Shown piece by piece: positions 58,431 through 64,000 of a stretch of 64,000 nt of DNA. Source of the DNA: the human T2T-CHM13v2.0 reference genome, Homo sapiens; the NCBI RefSeq assembly GCF_009914755.1, contig NC_060927.1. The stretch is one strand, 5' to 3'. Positions within the stretch are counted from its first letter, which is position 1. Every line of letters starts with the position of its first letter. Under the pieces are notes generated by a model. That model was not told where the DNA came from, did not search any database, and was given only the letters and a program-made list of their open reading frames with translations. A program made the position numbers and the translations under genes.

Positions 58431-61255
58431 AGACTTTGAAGAATGAAAGACTTGGGTGTGATTTCTGCTCTACTTACCAGTTGTGTGACCTTGCATGAGT
58501 CACATCACCACACTGAGCTCCAGTTTTCTCATCTACAAATGGGTGCAGACTTGGGAGAATTAGAGATAATAAATAGAAAGCACCTAACATGGGGCCTGGC
58601 ACAGAGTAGGTGCTCAATAAATAGTAGTTAAGAGTTACCCTGATTTTTAATTTTCGTCATTCATTTTTCTAAATTTTCAATAATGATCATGAATTACCTT
58701 GATAAACAGAAAGAACAATTTTGCTTAAAATAAGAAGGAAATGGGCTTGTCTAAGGTCACATAGCTAGTCAGCAGTAGAGCCAAATGAGAGATCCTAAGC
58801 CTCCTAGGCCAGATCTTTTCCCAGAACAACTCCTTCCTTATCTATGGAATAACAATAACAGCAACAGCAACAATTACCCTAAGAGCCAGGCAGCTTCCCT
58901 GGACCAAACCTGCAAGGTGGTATAGTTATCCCCATTTTACAGATAGAGAAGCTGGGGCCAAAGTCCCACAGCTGGCAAGTGGCAGAGCTGGGATTTGCCT
59001 TCTGGAGCTGGAAGAAACCACCTAGTCCACAACATCCAAACTTGGCCTGGATTCTCCTTCCCCAGACCCCCTTGGAGGTGGCATGGGGGACACCTGGGCT
59101 TTCTGGAATGAGGCAAAGGCAAGGAAATCAGCAGTGAGACCTCGCCCAGATCCCATTACGCCAGGCAAGATCGCGTTTCCCCTGTTCTGGTGCCATAAGC
59201 AGGGCAGAGGAGCGGGCAGGCAGCCACTTTCCTGGTTATTCAAGTAGAAAATTACAGGTGCCCAAAATAGCCTGGGCATTCTTTTATTAATGAATAAGCA
59301 GTGAGTTGGCAGAGCTGGAATGGGGCTTTGCATGCATCTCTTTCCCCTGGACACCTTCCTGAGATCTGCAGGGACTCTTGGCTCTCAGAGGGGACTTTCT
59401 CAGGAGTTGGGGGAGCTGGCAGGATTGGGGTGGGAGCATTTTCAGGGCCTGGTCATGGGAAAGGGGACAAGGAGGCCCCATGATGCAGGAGCTGGAAATG
59501 GCCCCAGTGCTGAGGGATGGGGTTCCCAGCAGATGCAGGTGAAGAGATGGCAGGTATAGGTCCATCCCAGCCACTCTCTTCTGGCTGTGTGGTCTTGGGC
59601 AAATGGCGTAACGTGTCTGGGCCTTCATTTCTTTTTCTGTAAAATGAGGTAAATCATAAATTTACAGAAATGTTTGTTTTCTACTGACTATAAAATTAAT
59701 TGTAGACAATGTAGGCAATGCTCACTGTAGACAATGTAGAAAGTGGAAAAAAATACAAAAGTGACCATGATATCTCCCCTCCTCACCCCATTGCCCCTTC
59801 CTCAATTAAGATAATTAGCATTAATGTTTGGTATTTATTTTTCTAGTCTTCTTCTTATACACATATGAAAAAATGGCTGGTACAGCTTAGTGCCTGAGCT
59901 GCTATGCTCTAAAAATGGAACCATCACTTACAGTCAACAAATATTAGTCAGTCAACAAACACTGTGAGCACTGCCCTAGGCCCTAGGGTGGCATGGAGGA
60001 AGGTTTCCCCCAACATCTCCTACAGCCACTTTTTGTTTTTCAAGCCCTCTGGCAATGACTTCGCTGAGTCCTCAGAGCCACCTAGGGGGTCGTGGAGGAG
60101 GGAAAGTCATTTTTTGGGTTCCTCACATGGATATGGGACCAAAGTCGGGGCCCAGAATCCCCCCATGAGGCCATCTGTGACCTCTTCCTACAGCAGGTCT
60201 TGTACACATGGGTTGGCCTAGGCATGGCTTCTTGACCCCTGTCTCCTCCCTAGAGGGTCGGGGCAGGAGGCAGCTGTTCTCTTCTGGGGTTATTTCTTGG
60301 CTGGTTAATATGTAAAGTGCTTAGAATGGCACTTGGCATACAGTGTGCAGGAAGTGCACATTACTGACAAGATGGCCAGCACATCATGATCATTACTAGT
60401 TGCAGATAGGTCGTGTGAGGCCATTCCCTTCTGGAGACTGATTTGTAATGGACCTGAGGAGACAGCAGCTGAATCACGTGCAGGATAGAAATGACAACAG
60501 CACCAATGACAACCACTTCCATCTACCAGATACAGCACCACAGGCCAGGCATCATGCTGAGTCATCTCATTACCCGCGTACAACCACCAGACTAAATGGG
60601 GGTTACTAAATGGGGGTTGCCTTTCATAGATGAGGAAACTGAGGCTCAGAGATGGTAAGTAACTCTCCCAAGGCCACACGGCTGGCAAGTGGCATCCCAG
60701 GTTTGTCTCATGCCGGACCCCTTACCCCCATCCATGAGGCTGAGCCTGCAGGGATGACGAAGGCCCTGCCCCTGAGAAGCTCGCTGTCAGTGGTAGAGTC
60801 CAAATTTGGAACTTGACCCTGAGTATCCTGGATTTGCTGAGGGATAGAAAGAGAAGGCTGTGGGCTCTGCCTTGGTATAGATCTCTACCCTGACACTTCC
60901 TAGCTCTGTCACCCTCTTAACTTCTCCATGCCTAAGTTTCTCATGGGAGAAATGGGGATAACAAAAGTGTTGCTGAGAAGATGAAATGAGATAACTGAAG
61001 CTACTTGCATAGGTGGTGTATAGTAAGTGCTCAATAAATCCATCTGTTAAAAGCTTTATCACTGATATTCCCAGAGGAATTCTCAAATTTCCAAGGGCCA
61101 CCCTCTTCCACCTGAGTGGATGGGTGAAGCAGTGGCTGGTTGAAGCAGTGGCTGGTTAACCTCAAGGAAACTCTAGCCACTCTTCTGGCATTTGACTTGG
61201 CTGCTTCACACCAGATAATGCTGCCTCTGGTCTGGGCTGCTGCAGACATAAGCCC

Positions 61256-61627
61256 TGATGTGATTTGGCTGTGTCCCCACCCAAATCTCATCTTGAATTG
61301 TAGTTCCCATAATCCACATGGAAAGGGACCTGGCAGGAGTTGATTGGATCATGGGGGCTGTTATCCCTATGCTGTTCTCATGATAGTGAGTGAGTTCTCA
61401 CGAGATCTGAGGGTTTTATTAGGGACTTTTCTCCCTTTGCTCGGCACTTCTCCTCCATGTCACCTTGTGAAGAAAGTGCCTTTCTTTCCCTTTGCCTTCT
61501 GCCATGACTGTAAGTTTCCTGAGGCCTCCCCAGCCATATGGAACTGTGAGTCAATTAAACCTCTTTTCTTTATAAATTTCCCAGTCTCGGGTATCTCTTC
61601 ATAGCAGCATGAGAATGAACTAATACA
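61256..61627 (+). mobile_element. THE1/MST solo LTR (THE1D-like)
   Basis: tgatgtgatttggctgtgtccccacccaaatctcatcttgaattg...gaactaataca; TSD agccc/agctc. Confidence 0.9.
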
Positions 61628-62677
61628 AGCTCCAATGTGCAAGGAGGCCCTGCCCAGGGGCCCCCAACACCAGCTCCATCCCCTTCACTCCCCACTCCCA
61701 GTCTAAGATCAGCAGAATCTTGACAACTGGCCCTGTATTCCCAGAGAGGGTGTCATTATGAACAGGTGGGGGTGTCACTGGTGTGGCTTCAGCAGGATCA
61801 GTCCAGCCAGTGTGATGTTTGTCCAACCTGGATGGCTCCTCCAATCAGGCAGATACTCTTGATGTTCCGCATCATCCGTTTATGGGCAGGTCCCTGATGG
61901 AAACTCAGCCCAGGGAGCCTTGACAACTTGGTTGAGAGCAGGTGGGGAAATGCTGCTTCAGGGATTGCTTCCTGGGTTCTGGGAACCCCACCCACTGCAC
62001 TGGGCAGTGACACCTGGGCAAGTGGGTGGCTCAGAGAGAGAAAGAGTTCTGGGACGGCTGCCTGGGTCTGATTCCTGGGTTCCCCATTGACCTGCTGTGT
62101 GGCCTTCACAAGGCACCTGACTTCTCTGAGCTGTTTCTCTTCCGTAAAATGGGGATAACAGTAGTGCCGACTTCACGGGGTTGTTGTAGGATGGTGCACG
62201 TAAAGTATTTGGATAGAGCTCTGCACATAGTAATTACTAACTAAATGGTAAATTATTTTTTGAAATGAAATTGTTTGTTGCCAAACTGCTCTGGGTGAGA
62301 ATGAAGACAGGGAGGAGATGAGTCACACACTGCAGATTGTGGGTTTTTTTTTTCTTCTTTTTTTCATAGCAGTAGGTTCTTAACTCTGGGAAACCAGCTT
62401 CCTTAAGGATCTGACAAGGCCATGTTCTCTCTCTCTTTGGAAAGTCTACATGTCCTCACATACACATAGCATTTTGCATCCAACTTCATAGAAACCCACC
62501 CATGATCCTAAAAGTAAAATCTATCCCAAAGAAAGAATAAAGGATGCGCACCAAAATATATCTACTAAGATGTGAAGGAATGAAAACAACCTAAATATCC
62601 AAAAATCAGGGATTGGTAAAAAAAACTGTGGCATGTTGGTATCAGTGGAATGCTATGTACCCATGAAAAATGTCTTG

Positions 62678-63015
<338 letters not shown>

Positions 63016-64000
63016 TCATGCCACAGTGTCACAGTGGTTATACTTGCTGATTTTTCTACAATAATAATGTATTATTTGAGAAATAAAGAAATGAGAAAAG
63101 TTTGAAAAATGACTAAGTTCACTTAGTTAAAAAAGAGCTAAGTTCACTTTTTAAAATAATAAAAATAAAGTTATTGTGGAAAGTATTGGAAAATAAAGAG
63201 AAAAAATCAAATCACCTCTCATCACCGCCCCCTTGCCTGTTATCAGTCATCTTTATGCACAGTTTGGAGTCATGTTTATTTTTATTGTGCCAGCAGCCAT
63301 GTGGGTCTCTTCCTTTCTAGGAGCAACTCTAGTTGACTCTCCACTCCCACGCTGCAGGAATTGACGGCGCACAGGGAACAGTTTCTACTGCTGTCCTTCC
63401 CGTTACCTCCTCCAATGGGGCTTCAGTCACCACCTCTCTGGAAGGTGATGATGGTCGGCAGCTCCATATCGCCAGCCGTGACTCTGCCCTGAAATCTAGC
63501 CCAAGGGAGCCAACTGCCTGTTTTGTCAGGTAACACCGACAAAAATAGCAGCCATTTGTTGAGCTCACACTATGTGTCAAGGACTGTGCTCAGTAGATTC
63601 TATTACTGATCTATTTTATAGATGAGGAAACTGAGGCTGAGAGATCAAGGAGGTGGCCAAGGTTACAGAGCTAGTGAGATGGGGAGCAGGAGTCAAACTG
63701 TGGGTTGTCTGACTTCACTGCCCAGGCTTCTCATGCTGTGCTAGAGCTGACTCTAGTGAGCTGACCTCAGCCCTCCCGTGCCAAGATCCTTGGCCTGGTT
63801 CCTCTGACTTCATCAACCTCTGGCCCCTGTGTCCTCTCTCTTACAGTACTCACCCCTCATCCTGCCCTGCCCAGCCCCTGCCTGCTGCTCTGGCCTGACC
63901 AACTTGCTCTCAGTGCCCTGAGTGCCAGCAAGGCCTCTCTCCTCTGGCCTTTGTGTAAGCAGATCTTTCTACCTAGAACACTGTTGCCCTCTTTTTGCCT

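Noticed and set aside
60075-60093. CTCF-like ccacctagggggtcg
   Set aside because: Register shift and loss of the GGC core give a poor match

Overview
Human or great-ape genomic DNA, repeat-rich, containing the minus-strand gene FAM107A (DRR1/TU3A). Three coding exons (20232-20063, 17736-17580, 17067-16960) give the 144-aa protein. There is a ~2.5-kb 3'UTR, a proximal non-coding first exon (~27.7 kb), a 98-nt 5'UTR cassette exon carrying uORFs, and two upstream coding exons (CpG island at 37.3 kb, and 39.6 kb) that splice in frame to extend the N-terminus. The rest is interspersed repeat: an SVA at the left edge, about 24 Alus, L1/L2/MIR, MaLR and ERV1 LTRs, a solo LTR7 and DNA-transposon remnants. 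I see no wholly new biological system. The best observations are: (1) a 5'-truncated HERV-H copy that lacks U5 and is flanked by a ~16-bp degenerate TSD, consistent with an L1-mobilised processed ERV pseudogene; (2) a FAM107A poly(A) signal apparently supplied by an old MLT1 LTR; (3) a GRE flanked by two kappaB sites at the proximal promoter; (4) a ~20-nt ultra-truncated retrotransposon insertion with a perfect 15-bp TSD; (5) an overlapping double-hairpin repair scar. Repeat subfamily names and edges were assigned by eye and are approximate.
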